Source: Chiloscyllium plagiosum (lineage: Eukaryota). From it: a stretch of 64,000 nt of DNA. Positions within the stretch are counted from its first letter, which is position 1; the number at the start of each line of letters is the position of its first letter. The stretch spans positions 84,381,586 through 84,445,585 of the forward strand of contig NC_057718.1 of assembly GCF_004010195.1 (NCBI RefSeq), written 5' to 3'. A program made the position numbers and the translations under genes. Shown piece after piece: positions 12,480 to 26,449 of the stretch. Below the pieces are notes generated by a model that made no database searches, was not told where the DNA came from, and worked only from the letters and a program-made list of their open reading frames with translations.

Positions 12480-13300
12480 GACATCAGGGGCCTCAGTGCA
12501 AATGTTGATCAAAGAACATTTCTTCTAAGAGTGCCTTTGCTATGCATCAGGAAGCAACCTGTGTCAGCAGATCAGTCAGCACTGTGATAGCTGAGTATTG
12601 AAAGCACTGTTAGGGGTGATACACATAAAGGTAATAATGATGAGATCTAGCTGGTTCCTGTGGTGTGATCTCCATTGTCTCCACCACAATGTCTTGCATA
12701 ACTTGCTTTGGAGGTAGCTATTTATTACACCAAATCCCTGTCAACAGTATAGTTCCAGAAACCTCTTGCTCATTTTCACTCACCTTGCCAATTGCCCAGA
12801 CCCTCATGCATGTTGGTCAAGCTGTGTAATATGAAGCCAACCTTGCGTTGAGGTGCAGTTCCTTAACGCAGGGAATCCTGCTCATAGCAGCATCAAACAT
12901 TTCATAGAATCGATCCTTGATATCAGAGATGAAGTTGGGTGTTGGGGCCTAGCTGAGGTTGACCAGCAAATAAGTTTCTGTAAGGTTCCCGGGGGGTTTC
13001 AATCATCACGAGTGGGGTGTTTATTTGCTGTGAAATCTACATTGTTCTCATGCTGCCTCTGGGGTCTTCCCTGTCAGAAAAGAAAACATGGGTTTCTTTC
13101 TAAGGGATCCCATTTGAGTGAACCCATTTTTTACTGTCCACCTATAGCCTTATAGAGCTTTGTAAGTTCTTTATCGATCACAGGTGTGTATCTATCTGCA
13201 GAAGGTCAGTAAGGTCGAAACACATGGTCCTTACCTTTGAACTTGCAATGCAAAATAACTGATGTCTTCTTAGCTGAGTTTATCTTGCTTAGTGCATAGA
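12480..13300 (-). mobile_element. Highly decayed RTE-type LINE, APE endonuclease region
   Basis: Manual minus-strand translation across stops gives DIKDRFYEMFD, LNARL, GKVSENEQ, FLELYC, WWRQWRSHHRNQLDLII. Confidence 0.55.
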
Positions 13301-13489
13301 TTATTGACCAGCCTGCTGAGAGAAAACTCTCTAAACTTCAACTATAGAAGCAAGCAGACTGCAGAAAGAGAGCAGTTGGGTGCTGCCAGTTTGAGACATG
13401 AAGTAATGAGCCAATTGATACAATGATCTTGTGCTCTACCACCAATCAAGTGAGCTTATACCTCATATATTGCTTCCCTTGTTGTGTTG

Positions 13490-15060
13490 ACATAAATACG
13501 ATATTGAATGAATTGAAAGCAGACATTGTGAGAGCACTGGCTATAAATTCCCAATTCTCCTTCAGTGCAGGGATAGTGCCAGAGGACTGGAAAATTAAAC
13601 CCTTGTTCAAAAGACACGGCAAATCCAGGCCAGTTAAATCTCTGTGGGAACACTTTTAGATGATAACTGGGGACAAACTTAGTGGGATAAATGTGGATTA
13701 TTAAGGAAAGCCAACACAAATTCAAGGGTAACATGTTTAATTAACTTGATTGAGTTTTGTTTTGTGAGGTAACTGTGATATTTTTATGATCCCTTTTAAA
13801 GTCAGGTTACTTTTATAAAGAAATTTTAACTTCCAGTCAAAGAAAGAATGACAAAACAAGATTTCATGTTTTAAAACTTACTGAAACAAATGATTAAAAA
13901 CATTATTGACTGAACTTTTTTTTGAGACAACAGTGCAAGAGATTCTCTTTTATAAACACATAGCACTGTCTAGAGAATTACAGTCCTTAAAATTAAACAG
14001 TCCAGAGTGCTCCCACCTTCCAGTGAATTTCTGTATCCCTGCTTCACTTTGACTGGTTCTTTCCTCACTTTTGGAGGGTGCTTAAGTCCAGCACCAGCAG
14101 ACTAAACTATTCTGATTCCTCTTCCCTCAGCCATGCCAGAACAAAATCTCTTGGAATCTGTTGAAGGCCGCTGAATGCACCTATTCAACTGGAGAATATC
14201 TCCTTCCTGCATCCACTGTGATACCTCACAAATTAAAGTTGCTTTTTCTCTGACCACACAGAGTCTCTCAATCCTATTGAAAAAGCCTGAAACTGAAATC
14301 CCTGGTCTCTGCAATCACAGACCCTAGGTATAAGAATTTCACATCTTGTCCAGCAAGTTCCTCCACTTGAGGTCCCATAGCAACCAGGCTTAATATCAAG
14401 CTGTGTTTGAATAGGTCACATGAGCCCCAGCTTTACCTACATTTAAAGATACGGCCTCAAAAAAACTAAGTTTTTCAAACCTCAAAATTGGAACAGATTG
14501 TGTTTAGTGTGGTTAATGTGATGTACATGGACTTCCAAAAGGCGTTTGATAAAATGCCCAATAGTAGTTTTTAACAGGAAAGTTAGAGTCCATAGAATAG
14601 AAGTGGTATGAAACAGTAATGTGGAACAGATTTTCATTGGAATGGAGAAAGATATATACAGTAATAGGGTTCTCCAAGAGTCAATGTTAGGACCACTATA
14701 ATTCTTATATCCATTACTGACATGGACCTGGGTGCTCATGACACATTTTAAATTTCCCTAATGTTACAAAATTTATAATTATTGATAAGTGTGAGGAAGA
14801 TAGTGGTAATCTCAGAGGAAAGACAGGCTGATGGCAGATGAAATTTATTGCAGAGCGGTGTGAAGAATGAGGAGAGGCAATATGAAACAAAGGGTATAAT
14901 TCTGAAGTGTTGCAGGAGGACAGCAACATGGGGATGTCTGTACAAAAGTCATTGAAAGTGTCAGGGCAGACTGAGAAAGCAGTTAATAAAGCATACAGCA
15001 TCCCGGGCAGTATAAATAGGGCTGTTTTCTTGGAGAAGTGAAGACTTAGAGGAGATTTGA
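13490..15060 (+). mobile_element. Degraded CR1 RT fragments interrupted by an unclassified ~0.7-kb insert (about 13774-14490)
   Basis: GIVPEDWK motif, then the VMYMDFQKAFD-like motif resumes after the insert. Confidence 0.55.
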
Positions 15061-15064
15061 TAGT

Positions 15065-15345
15065 AGATACCCTACAGTGTGGAAATAGGCCCTGCAGCCC
15101 AACAAGTCCACAATGCCCCTCCAAAAAGTAACCCACCAGACCCATTTCTCTCTGACTAATTTACCTAAACTATGGGCAATTTAGCACAGCCAATTCACTT
15201 AGCCTACACATCTTTGGATTGTGGAAGGAAACCCACGCAGGGGAGAACATGCAAACTCCACACAAACAGTCACCTGAGCTTGGAATAAAACCCAGGTCCC
15301 TGCTGCTGTGAGGCAGCAGTGCTAATCACTGAGCCAATGTGCCGC
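15065..15345 (-). mobile_element. HE1-like SINE
   Basis: Reverse-complement head and tail. Confidence 0.8.
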
Positions 15346-15719
15346 TCAACAAAATAATGAAGATTCCAGACAGGTTTGTTAAGGAGAATGTTGTTAAACC
15401 TTCAAAAAAAAATTGATAGTTACCTGAAGAAAAAACATTTAAATAGATGTGGGGAAAAATGGGTGAGGGGGACAAATTGAATTGCTCTTACAGAGAACTG
15501 GCATGGATACATCTCACAGAATGGTATCTGTCTGTGCTGTACTCACTTTTTGATTCATCTTTCATATTGCAAAATGACATTATTTCTTGTGTAATTTTGT
15601 TCCAGTAAAAATAACTTTCAAATTATCATGGCATCCCTATAGTGTGGAAGCAAGCCATTTGGCTCATCAAGTCTACACAGACCCTCAGCATCCCACCCAA
15701 ATCCATCTTCCTACCCTAT

Positions 15720-17265
15720 CTCCAGATGATATGCTGAAGCTTTTGCAACAATCTTCAGCCAGAAGTGCTGAGTTGATGATCCATCTTGGTCTCCTCCATT
15801 GGTCCCCAGCATTACAGATATCAGTCCACTCCTCATGATGTCAACAAACGGTCAGAGAAACCGGTTACTGCAAAGGCTACAGGCCCTGGCAAAATTTCCG
15901 GCAATAGTACTGAAGATTTGTGCTCCAGCTTTTGCTGCTCCCCTAGCCAAACTAATCCAGTACAGTTACAACACTGGCATCTACCCAACAATGTGGAAAA
16001 TTGTCCAGGGCTATGTCCTGTACATAAAAAATCCAAATCCAACTAATTACTGCCCCATCAGTCTACTATCGATCATCAGGAAAGTGATGGAAGGTGTCAT
16101 CAACAGTGCTATCAAACAGTGCCTGCTCAGCAATATCCTTCTCAGTGACTTCTAGTTTGGGTTCTCCTAGGGCCACTCAGCTCCTGACCTCATACAGGCT
16201 TCGTTCAAACATTGACAAAAGAGCTGAATTCCAAAGGTGAGATGAGAGTGATAGTCTTTGACATCAAGGCTGCATTTGACCAAGTATGGCATCAAGGAGT
16301 CCTAGCAAAACTGGAATCCATTGGTATCGGGGGAAAAACTCTCCAATATTTAGAGTCATACCTGACATACAGGAAGATGGTTGTGGTTGTTGAAAGTCAG
16401 TCATCTCAGCTCCAGGACATCTCTGCAGAATTCCTCAGGATAGTGACATAGGCCCAAACAACTTCAGCTGCGTCATCAATGACCTTCCCTCCATCATAAT
16501 GTCCGAAGTGGGGATGTTCGCTGATGATTGCACAATGTTCAGCACCATTCACTATTCCTCTGATACTGAAGCAGTCAATGTTCAAATGCAACAAGATCTG
16601 GACAATACCCAGGCTTGGGCTGACAAGTGACATTCAGAACAGACAAATGTCAGGCTTTGACTATCACAAGTAAAAGACAATCTAACCACCGTCCCTTGAC
16701 ATTTAATGGTGTTACCATCACTGAATCCCCCGCTATCAACATTCTGGCGTATATCATTGACCAGAAACACGACTGGACTCACCAAATAAACACAGTGGCT
16801 ACCAGAGCAGGGTAAAGGCTAGGCATACTGTGGCAAGCAACTCATCTCCTGACTCCCCAAAGCCTGTTCATGATCTACAAGGCACAAGTCAGGAGTGTGA
16901 TGAAGTACTCCTCACTTGTCTAGATGAGTGTTGTTCCAGAAATTCACCAAAGATCCTTAGATAACACTTTCCAAACCCACGACCACTTCCATCTAAAAGG
17001 ACAAGGGCAGCAAGTACATGGAACCACCACCACCTTTCAAGTTCCCACCATACTGACTTGGAAATATATTGCCATTCCTTCAATGTCACTGGGTCAAAAT
17101 CCTGGAATTCCCTCCCAAATGGTATTGAGGGTCAACTCACAGCAGGTGAACTGCAGTGGTTCAAGAAGGCGGTTTACCACCACCTTTTCAATGGCACCTT
17201 TTCAAGACAAAGACAGTAAATGCTGGCTGGCCAGCGATGCCCACATCCCACAAATAAATACATGA
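15720..17265 (+). mobile_element. L2/CR1-clade LINE, 3' half (RT plus tail), decayed
   Basis: Motifs NYCPISLLSII, VFDIKAAFDQVWHQG and GMFADD; tail AAATGCTGGCTGGCCAGCGATGCCCACATCCCA. Confidence 0.8.
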
Positions 17266-17289
17266 AAAAAGTATTCCTGTGACCCTGTA

Positions 17290-17535
17290 TTTTCCCATGG
17301 TTAATCCACGAAGCCTGCACATCCCTGGACACCATGGGCAATTTAGCATGGTCAATCCAGCTAACCTGCAATTCTTTAGACTGTCAGAGGAATCAGACAC
17401 CCTGGCAAAAACCCACGCAGACATGGGGAGAATGTGATGTGCAAACTCCACATAAACCGTTGCCTGAGGGTGAAATCAAACCCAGGTCTCTGGCCCTGTG
17501 AGGCAGCAGCGTTAACCACTGAGCCACTATGCTGC
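17290..17535 (-). mobile_element. tRNA-derived SINE (HE1-related)
   Basis: Reverse-complement SINE head and body. Confidence 0.75.
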
Positions 17536-18204
17536 CCAAATTAATTAATAATCCATCCTTTATGAGATCAAAGCTTTTATTCAAAACAAAAAAAGAACTG
17601 TGGATGCTGGAAATCTGAAACAGAAATTGCCGGAGAAATTCAACATATCTGGCAGCATCAGTGGAGAAAATGCAAAGCCACGTATCAGGACCAGTGACCT
17701 CTTTCAGAATGAATACTCTGTGCCGATATTGTACACTGCCTATACCAGAGGGAGACTGAAATACTATGTGGTTTTTTTTTATTGTAAACATGGAAAGAAG
17801 AATTTATTGTGGGCAAGTTAACACAAAGCATTCTTGAAAATATGACAGAAACTCAAGATTTGTGTAGAAGAAGTGATTATAAATGCAAGTAATAGGCCAT
17901 TTTTCAATATTATAATTTCTTTACAGCCTTTGTTTCCCCGAGGCCTATTGAACCATCATTAAAGTGTTTGCCACATTGTGAGACATGTGTTCAAGAATGT
18001 TTTAATGTTGGGTGTAACTGTTATTTACTGTGACTTTTTTTGTTGTTATGTACTATGTAAAATTATTGTATTATTTCACATTACAAAGGGCTAAGTTTCA
18101 ATTTGTTTGGGTGCTGTAGTTGAAGCTGTCACTCGGGATAGCTAGCTTTCAGTTTGATCAATGAGTTAATGATTAAAGAACATTAATCTGATCTCCCTGC
18201 TTTA

Positions 18205-18700
18205 GGAAAATTGTTGTCAAACTTGAAAGGGTGCAGAAAAGAATTACAAGGATGTTAATTAATTAGAGGGTTTTAGTGAAATGAGGAGGCCAAATAGTCT
18301 GGGACTTTTTTCCCTGGAGTTTCAGAGGCTGAGGGTTGACCTTATAGAGGTATATAAAATCATGAGGGGCATGTTGAGCGTGAATAGCAAAGGTCTTTTT
18401 TCCAAGTAGGAGAATCCAAAACAGGGAGCATAGGTTTAAGGTGAGAGGGGAAAGATTGAAAAGGGACTTGAGGGGCAATGTTTTCATACAGAGCATGGTG
18501 CGTGTATGGAACAAGCTGCCATAGGCAGTGGTGGAGGCTGGTACAATTACAACATTTAGAAGACATCTAGATGGACAGATGAATAAGAAGGCTTTAGAGG
18601 GATATGGGCTAAATGATGGCAAAGGGACTAGATCAGTTTACAATATCTGGTCAGCATGGACGAGTTGGACTGAGGGTCTGTTTCTGTACTGTACAGTTTC
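18205..18700 (+). mobile_element. CR1 LINE 3' end
   Basis: Encodes KLERVQKRITRM and VVEAGTITTFRRHLDG. Confidence 0.85.
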
Positions 18701-19469
18701 ATTACTCTGTCTGGAAAATGTTAACTTTCATTTATTTCAAACTATTAACTCGAGGGCCTTGGTAAGGTTCTAAAGCAAGGAGGTAATGAAAGCATGGCTT
18801 CATAACTAAAGCTCCTGTTCCCCATTCTCTATGACATATGAACCATTCAGCAGTCTTGTGGTCTTATAGACTTCTTCATTTATCAGTATGATCTGTGTAA
18901 TTATGAAAAAATGATGAAGAAAGACATTGACATAAGTTACAGATTTCTTAGGGAAAAGATTAAATAAAATCTTATGATGTAAATGGAGACGTCCAAATCT
19001 CATAAAAGGGAAATTTATATCAAACCTATCACAATGAAGTAAGCCTTGATATTTGGCAATGATGTGTGCAATTGTGGGTTATCATGACACTGAAAGGGAC
19101 ATGAGCCAAGTTTAATTCTTTTACTTTAAAAACACAATTATGATACATAACAAAAGAACCATTTCATTCAGAAAATTTAAATCTTTTCATATCAACTTTC
19201 CACTTCATAGAAGGATAAAAGCATAAAAGGATTTCAGACATTTATTTGGAAGAAAGTTTTCCCATTTCTCAATGGTTGCTTACTTTATCTCTCATAATGG
19301 ACAATAACTGACTTGCTCCGTCACTGTTCTACCAGGCAATAATTCTGACAGAATTACTCTTGAAGTTGCCTTAGATCCACCCAACCTGATGATGTCACAT
19401 AGTCTTGGATGGAGAGATAATTATTCTTGGATGAGTTCCCATTGGAGACAAATGTAATATACACTTTTC

Positions 19470-19560
19470 ATTATCTGTGGATCTGTATACTCACAGATTC
19501 ATGTATTTTTAGACCTGTGTATTTGCAGATCCATGTACTCACAGATCCATGTATTCATGA
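19470..19560. repeat. Degenerate ~16-bp tandem repeat (GATCCATGTACTCACA-like, about 5 units)
   Basis: Directly visible in the sequence. Confidence 0.6.
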
Positions 19561-19829
19561 GGTTGGCCCCAGACCCAATTTATTTTCTCCATTGACAACC
19601 CCAATGGGACATGCATCCTTCACGGTAGATAGAGTCTTTCCATTATAGTGATAACCTTTTTTTCTGGTATCTACGGAAGGTACATACTTCTATACCTTGT
19701 AGATGACAAGGACTAAAACCATAGGCCCATGAAATACAAAGTAGAAATAGGCTATTTGGCCCATCAAGTCTGCGTTGCCATTTGATCATGGCTGATATGT
19801 CTCTCAACTCTGCTCCCTGACTCTCTTGA

Positions 19830-20722
19830 AGTTCTGGTATGCTGCTGGTGTTAGTGAGTTTTGAGAAGATTTGTAGCTCAGGTTGAGGTTCTGGATGTAG
19901 GTTTGCCCACTGAGCTGGAAGGTTCATTTTCAGACATTCTATAATCATACTAGGTAACATCATCAGTGAGCCTCTGACCCATTTTCTATTTATGTGTTTA
20001 GGTTTCCTTGTGTTGGTGATATCATTTCCTGTGATGATGTCATTTCCTGTTATTTTTCACAGAAGGTGGTAAATGATCGCTGGTTTGAAGTTCGCCATTG
20101 GCTGTTTGCTCTACTGTGACATCTAGGAATGGCGGTTTGTTGTTGTTTTCCTCCTCTTTAGTGAATTTTATGCCTGTAAGGGTATTATTGATGGTCTTGA
20201 AGGTTTCCTTTAATTTGATTTGTTTAGTGATAACAAAGGTGTCATCCATGTAGCTGACCCATAGTTTGGGTTGGATGGTTGGCAGAGCTGTTTGTTCAAG
20301 TCTCTGCATTACTCCCTCTGCTAAGAACCCTGATACTGCAGATCCCATGAATGTAGGTTTTGTTGTTGAAGGTGAAGTGGGTGGTAAGACATAGGTCCAC
20401 TAGCTTGACAACATTGTCCTTGCTGATGAAGTTGGTGGTGTTTGGTGTATGTGTTTTTGGTTCGTCTAATAATGTAGTCAGTGTTTCCTTGGCCAGTTGA
20501 TCATTTACCACCTCCTGAGAAAAAGAACAGGAAATTACATCACCACAGAAAATGGCGTCCCCATGGGAAATTACATCACCAACCCAAAGAAACCTAAACA
20601 TATAAATAGAAAGTAGACCATGCCACCAATGCTTCATCTGGACACTCACTGATGATGTTACTTAGTATGGTGATGAAATGTCTGAAAACGAACCTTCCAG
20701 CTCAGCGAGCAAACATACATCC
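19830..20722 (-). mobile_element. Internally deleted Penelope-like element with direct terminal repeats, same family as 41927-43210
   Basis: RT remnant VMQRLEQTALPTIQPKLWVSYMDDTFVI; terminal sequence recurs near 19890-20060 and 20510-20720. Confidence 0.8.
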
Positions 20723-21129
20723 ATGCTGCTGGTGTCTTCCACTGTGAAGGCTGATGCAAAGCATACCTGTCATATAAAACCAAACCACTCTGGATGTAGT
20801 AAAAGATGTTGAAATTCAGTAGGTCTGGCACTATCTGTGAAAAGAGAAAAATCATAGGCTGCATTGTACATTTTTTGACTAAGTCCGAGTTTCCTGGAAT
20901 ATTTTGCAAGGGTCTGTCATTGCACAGCCTAGTAAGTTTGTTTGCACTTTCTTACCAAACCCATTGGATTAATTACTAGACAGGAAAACTGAAAGAACTG
21001 TGGGTGTTGGAAGTGTGAAACAAAAACAGAAATTGCAGCATCTGTGGAGAGAAATCAGAGTTAATGTTTTGGGTCCAGTACCCCTTCTTTATAACTGATG
21101 GTAGCTAGGAAAAAGTTGTTTTTTATGCA

Positions 21130-22125
21130 GAAAATAAGGTGGGGGAAGGGAGGGTGGTTAGGGCCAAAATGAGGGACGTAGGTCGGACCTGGCTGATTGC
21201 CCTGTCAACCATGATGCTAGGGAGTCCTCAGTTGAGGAAGAAAGTGGACATTTCAGAGGCCTCCTTGTCAATGTTGTCATCACCAGAAGAGATGCGACAG
21301 AGATAGAGAACCTGGGAGAATGGAATATGTCTTTACAGGAAGCAGCATGTGAGGATATATAGTGTAGGTAACGGTGGGAGTCAGTGGGTTTATAACAGAT
21401 GTTAGAGTCATAGAAATGTACAGTATGGAAACAGACCCTTTGGTCCAACTCATCCACGCCGACCAGATATCCTAATGTAATCTTGTCCTATTTGCCAGCA
21501 CTTGTCCCATATCCCTCTAAACCCTTCATATTCATATACCCTTCCAGATGCCTTTTAAATATTAGTAGCCAGCCAATTCTTAGAAATAGAAACAGAGATG
21601 ACAAGGAAGGGAAGGGAAGAGTTAGAGATGGATCAGGTGAAGGTGAGAGCAGCGTTGAAATTGGAAACAAAATCGACAAACTTTTCCAACTCCAGATTAG
21701 AAAGGGAAGCAGCATTGTTAGTGTCATTGATATACAGGAGAAAGAGTTATGGGTAGAGGCTGGAGTAGGATTGGAACAAGGAATGTTCCACATATGACAC
21801 AAAGAGAGAGGCATTCCTGGGGCTCTGTAGGTAACCAAGGCCTCCTCTTTGACTGAAAGGAAGTGATAAAGGAGAAGTTGTTCAAGGTGAGGATGAGCTC
21901 AGACAAGTGGAGGAGGGTGGTGGTTGATGGGAACGGTCCAAGGTTTTTTCTGGAAGAAACAGAAACTTGAGACCATCCTGATGGGAGATTACACACCCAT
22001 GATAAAGAGGAGGCAGCTGCAGCACGCAGACTGGACATTCTGAAACCGACACAAAACATCAGAAGAATCATGGATATAAGCCGGAAGGGAGTGGACAAGG
22101 GGAGAAAAATATCAAGTCGAGGTAG
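21130..22125 (-). mobile_element. Penelope-like RT remnant interrupted by a CR1 tail (21400-21560)
   Basis: Encodes YKPTDSHRYLHYISSH; similar to 33620-35780. Confidence 0.65.
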
Positions 22126-22526
22126 GATTTACACTTTACACACATATATCAGCAAACAGAACACAGGATTGGACACCTTGGACAAAAACATTCCAAGGGA
22201 ATCTGTGGATAATTTCAATAATAACCTCGACAGATTAATGAAAAAATGTGACTATGGAACTTTGAAATCTGAATTAGCAAGAGACTCTATTGTTGACTCT
22301 ATCAGTGAGACTTTGTCAGATTTCTTCCAGTTTAAGGAAAATGTAACTTTGGCGGAAACTGTTGAAGTTGTACTGAAAGCAGAAACAAAAAAGGCTTAGA
22401 CAGATCCTGAGAGGGGAACAGCTACCCCAAAATAGCCACAGCATCTGTTCACTTGATAGCATGCAAAAAGCCCAAAGAAGCTCATGGCAAGCCAACACAA
22501 AGACTAGGTCAACAGCAGATACTGAT

Positions 22527-22727
22527 AGTCAAGATTAGAGTGGTGCTGGAAATGCACAAGTCAGACAGCATCCAAGGAACAGGAAAATCGACGTTTTGGG
22601 CAAGAGCCCTTCACCCGAAACGTCGATTTTCCTGTTCCTCGGATGCCGTCTGACCCGCTGTACATTTCCAGCACCACTCTAATCTTGACTCTAATCTCCA
22701 GCATCTGCAGTTCTCACTTTCGCCTAA
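22527..22727. mobile_element. Short palindromic Penelope-terminus-like element
   Basis: 22528-22592 and 22615-22690 are inverted copies; CAGATACTGA occurs on both flanks. Confidence 0.65.
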
Positions 22728-23224
22728 CAGATACTGAGAGTCAGTATTAGTGCTGTGGAATAACACAGCCTCAAGAGCACAGACAATATTCAGCCATGAC
22801 AAAATAATGCTTCATCTACAAAACTGGAGGTCACTTGCAGAAGACATGTAGAACTAGCACAGAACTTCAGAGCAACAAAAGGCTAAATTCTTGAGAACTT
22901 GCTGCCTCAGGAAGCGGTGGAACTGGGAATCATGAAAAATTTTATGTAAGTCGCTTCTTGTTAGGTTAGGGAATCAAAGGGGATAGTTGGGAATGTGGAA
23001 CTTTGAACACAAAACAATTAGCCATTACATTATTGAATGGAGTAACAAGTTTGAGGGGCCAAATGGCCTACTTTTACTCCTAATTTATACGTTCTCGACA
23101 GCATCTTGTACATTCTTCTTTCCTCGCTTCATCGTTGACTTCAACTGTCTATATTACGCTTTTCTTGACTATCAGATGCCCCAAATCGCTTATTAGCTAA
23201 TTAAATTTTTTCGAAAAGTAGTGA

Positions 23225-23660
23225 CTTTTTTATTTCAAAGACATATGTTATTCCTAAAAAAAAATCTTTATAAGTACATAGTCACAAACGCAGTCCGATT
23301 CTGTACAGTAGCATATCAAGGAAACAAACAAACATTGGAGTTTGACTCTATCTAAAAAAATCAAAGGCATCTCTTATTTGTACAAAATTATATTTACATG
23401 CATTTAAGGCACCGGGGTTCAATAACTGAACAGAGTCCCAGTTAACTTCAGCAGAAAGACCCCAGATAGTGGCCTTTTCCCACCGCACCTCGGCAGCAGC
23501 TGCCCCAAGGATTTTGGAATGTGCCAGTCTCCAGCACTCGGTTGAGGTCAGCTCCTTTTTCTGGAAGAGCAACAAGTTTCGGAAAGACCAAGGATTGTCT
23601 TTCACCAAGTTGATGGTCCTCCAGGTGCAGTTTATGTTTATCTCTGTGTGTGTCCCAGGG
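23225..23660 (-). mobile_element. Tx1-like LINE 3' end
   Basis: Encodes GLFPGTHTEININCTWRTINLVKDNPWSFRNLLLFQKKELTSTECWRLAHSK. Confidence 0.7.
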
Positions 23661-25261
23661 AACAGGCCATGGAAAAGCACAGCAAGCCAGGCAGTATCCG
23701 AGGAACAGGAAAATTGGCGTTTTGGGCAAATATCCTTCATCAGGAATAGAGCACAGAGTCCTGTGTCACTGAGCTGCTTGGGATGACTCTCAACAAAAAC
23801 CAGTGCATCTTTCTCCACACTTTGTTGTGGCTGTTATAATGTAGGAAATAAAGCAAATAGCTTTCCCACAGCAAATTCCCACAATTAGCAAAGTGATGGG
23901 GAACAGATAGCCTCTTTTAATCGAATTGACGGACAGATAAATATTGACCAGAAATCTAAGGCCTAAGTCTGCTGCTGCTTTTCAAAAAATGCTGGGTGAC
24001 CTCTTACATCTATCTGTAGAAGGCAATCAGGTATTGGTTTAACATCCCGTTGGCATAATGTTTTGTAATACCCTCCCAAAACTTCACCACTTATCTTTTA
24101 AGGCCCCTCTTCAAACTTACCTCTGACCAAACATTTAGTCATCCCTACCCATCATCTAGTATCTTCCTCTTCGGCTTGATGTCCCATCTTTAGTTGAAAT
24201 AAATTATGTATTGTTACACCAGCTTTCACCACCATATAACATCCTTAAAAGTTACATTTCAAAAGTGCTTTCTTTGGTTGTATAGTCACTGTTGTAAAAT
24301 AGAAAATGCTGCAGGCATTAATCTTGAACAAACCACAATAGGATAATAATCAGGTTTATTACTTTGTTTATTTTACTTATGTTGATTGAGGGATGAGTAT
24401 TGGCCAGAACTCTGGCAATAACTCCCTTAGTCTTCTTTGAAGTAGCATCCTAAGGCCATTTTTGTCCACCTGAGAGAGTACATAGGGCTTTAGTTTAACA
24501 ATTACCCTGTTTTTCCATGTTAAAAGCATTGAATAAATAAAAGTTGAAGTCAACACTATCTTGTCAAAACTGCCCTAACAAAGGTAATGTAACATTTACA
24601 GAGATGCTTTGCTCCTTTTCATTCTCCTTGATGAGTAATATAATAATAGAAGGAGAAAAGAAAGAAATGTTATGGAAATATTGAGATGAAGAAATGAATT
24701 GAGGTAAACATCATAAAGTGCTGGAAGAACTCAGTGAATCTGGCAGCATATACAGAGAGAGAAGAATAGATTTAATATTTGAAGCCTGTATGAGACTTTG
24801 GCACTGAAGAGAGATAGAACAGTGAAGAGTTTTATCTTTATTTATTTCATCTAGAAAAAGATGGGGAGGAGCACATGAAACAGGAGAGAAGGTTCAGGAA
24901 AGATTTGAAGTTGTGAGAGATAAAAGGTCAAAGGTGTCACAGAAGAAAGGGCAAAGAGAATTGTAATGATTGTAGAGGAGAGAAAGTGTAGATCCACCGT
25001 ACGTGTTTATATTAGGTGAAAATAACAGAACATTGGTCGGTTCTGGTCGAAAATAAAATACAGTAGGGAATGGGTGTTGATGATTTTAAGTTGTTGAGTA
25101 CAATGTTGAGTGAAAAAACCTGTAAAGTGACCAAAAGGAATATGAAATGTTGTTCTTGCAGCTTGCTTTGGGCTTCATTTGAATACTACAGCAGGTTCGG
25201 GACAGAAATACAAATGTGGGAGAAAAATGGTGTATTGAAATGGTGAATGACCACTTCCTTG

Positions 25262-25620
25262 GCTTGTTAAGTATCTCAGTTGGGCTCATGGTGGTGGATT
25301 AATGGCTGCCTTGACCACCCCTTGTAATATGGGAACATATCAGTGGGCTAATAAAGGTGAACTAGCATTAATTTGTTTTGAGTAAAGCTTGTTAAGCATC
25401 TCAGTTGGGCTCATGGTGGTGGATTAATGGCTGCCTTGACCACCCCTTGTAATATGGGAACATATCAGTGGGCTAATCACCTGCCATAGTTTACATGTCT
25501 TCTCTCACCAAAAACCAACCTAACATAGCATCGAGCCCAATAACCTGGGAGAAAAATAAACAGCCACTGGGCATATATAGACTAATAAAGGTGAACTAGC
25601 ATTAATTTGTTTTGAGTAAA
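25262..25620. repeat. Local duplication with A-C-A-B-C arrangement
   Basis: A = 25262-25351 and 25387-25477; C = 25347-25386 and 25582-25620. Confidence 0.85.
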
Positions 25621-25629
25621 ATGAATAGA

Positions 25630-26440
25630 CTGTTTTTTTATATAAATATTTTTATTGAGAAGAAGGCTTTGAGTTTTTTACAAAAATATAAAATTACTAC
25701 AAAACAATAGAATAATCTTGCAATATAATAACAATAACAATAACAGTAAACAAATTACTACTCCACTCCACAAACAATTTAGGAGAAAAAAAACTCTACA
25801 CAATCTACAATTCAATAAATAACTAAATCAAAACAAAAAGAAACTAAATTAAACCAAGCTGAACCAAAGCAAATTAAATGAAATTACATTTAAGTTACAA
25901 CACTCAGCGCAATCCCACCAAAGCTCCCCATCACCGGGAGCATCAGTTGGCATACCTGTATTTGTTCAGAATTCTTCCCTCCCCAGGGGCCCCCAGGCAC
26001 AGTCCTCATGGCTACACAAAGGCCCTGACCAACATAGCTGATAAGTCCGCATCTATATGGTTCAAAAAGGGCTGCCACGTCCTATAAAAAGGTTGCGTTT
26101 GGAAGGAAGTCCAGGGGATGTGCTCCATAACTAACCTATGCCACCCTGAGAGTCCTGGGGGATTTTCCAACACCCAGCTCATCAGAATGTTCTTCCTCGC
26201 ACAAAATGAAAGAATACTAAATAATTTCTTCCCATGCGCGTACAAAGAGGGGAGATTCGGCGAACCCAAAAGGAGGGACACCAGATCCACCTTGACTTCA
26301 GTTCCTAAGACCCCTTGCAAAACATTCGCTACAGCACCCCAATACCTATGAAGCTTGTGGCATGACCACAACCGATGAGTAAAAGTACCAATATCTGTTT
26401 ACATTTGGAGCACGTTGGGGACGTTGCTGTCTTAAATTAA
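25630..26440 (-). mobile_element. L1-clade LINE 3' end
   Basis: Encodes MWSCHKLHRYW...ILSFCARKNILMSW...WQPFL; T-rich tail. Confidence 0.8.
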
Positions 26441-26449
26441 AAGAAACTA

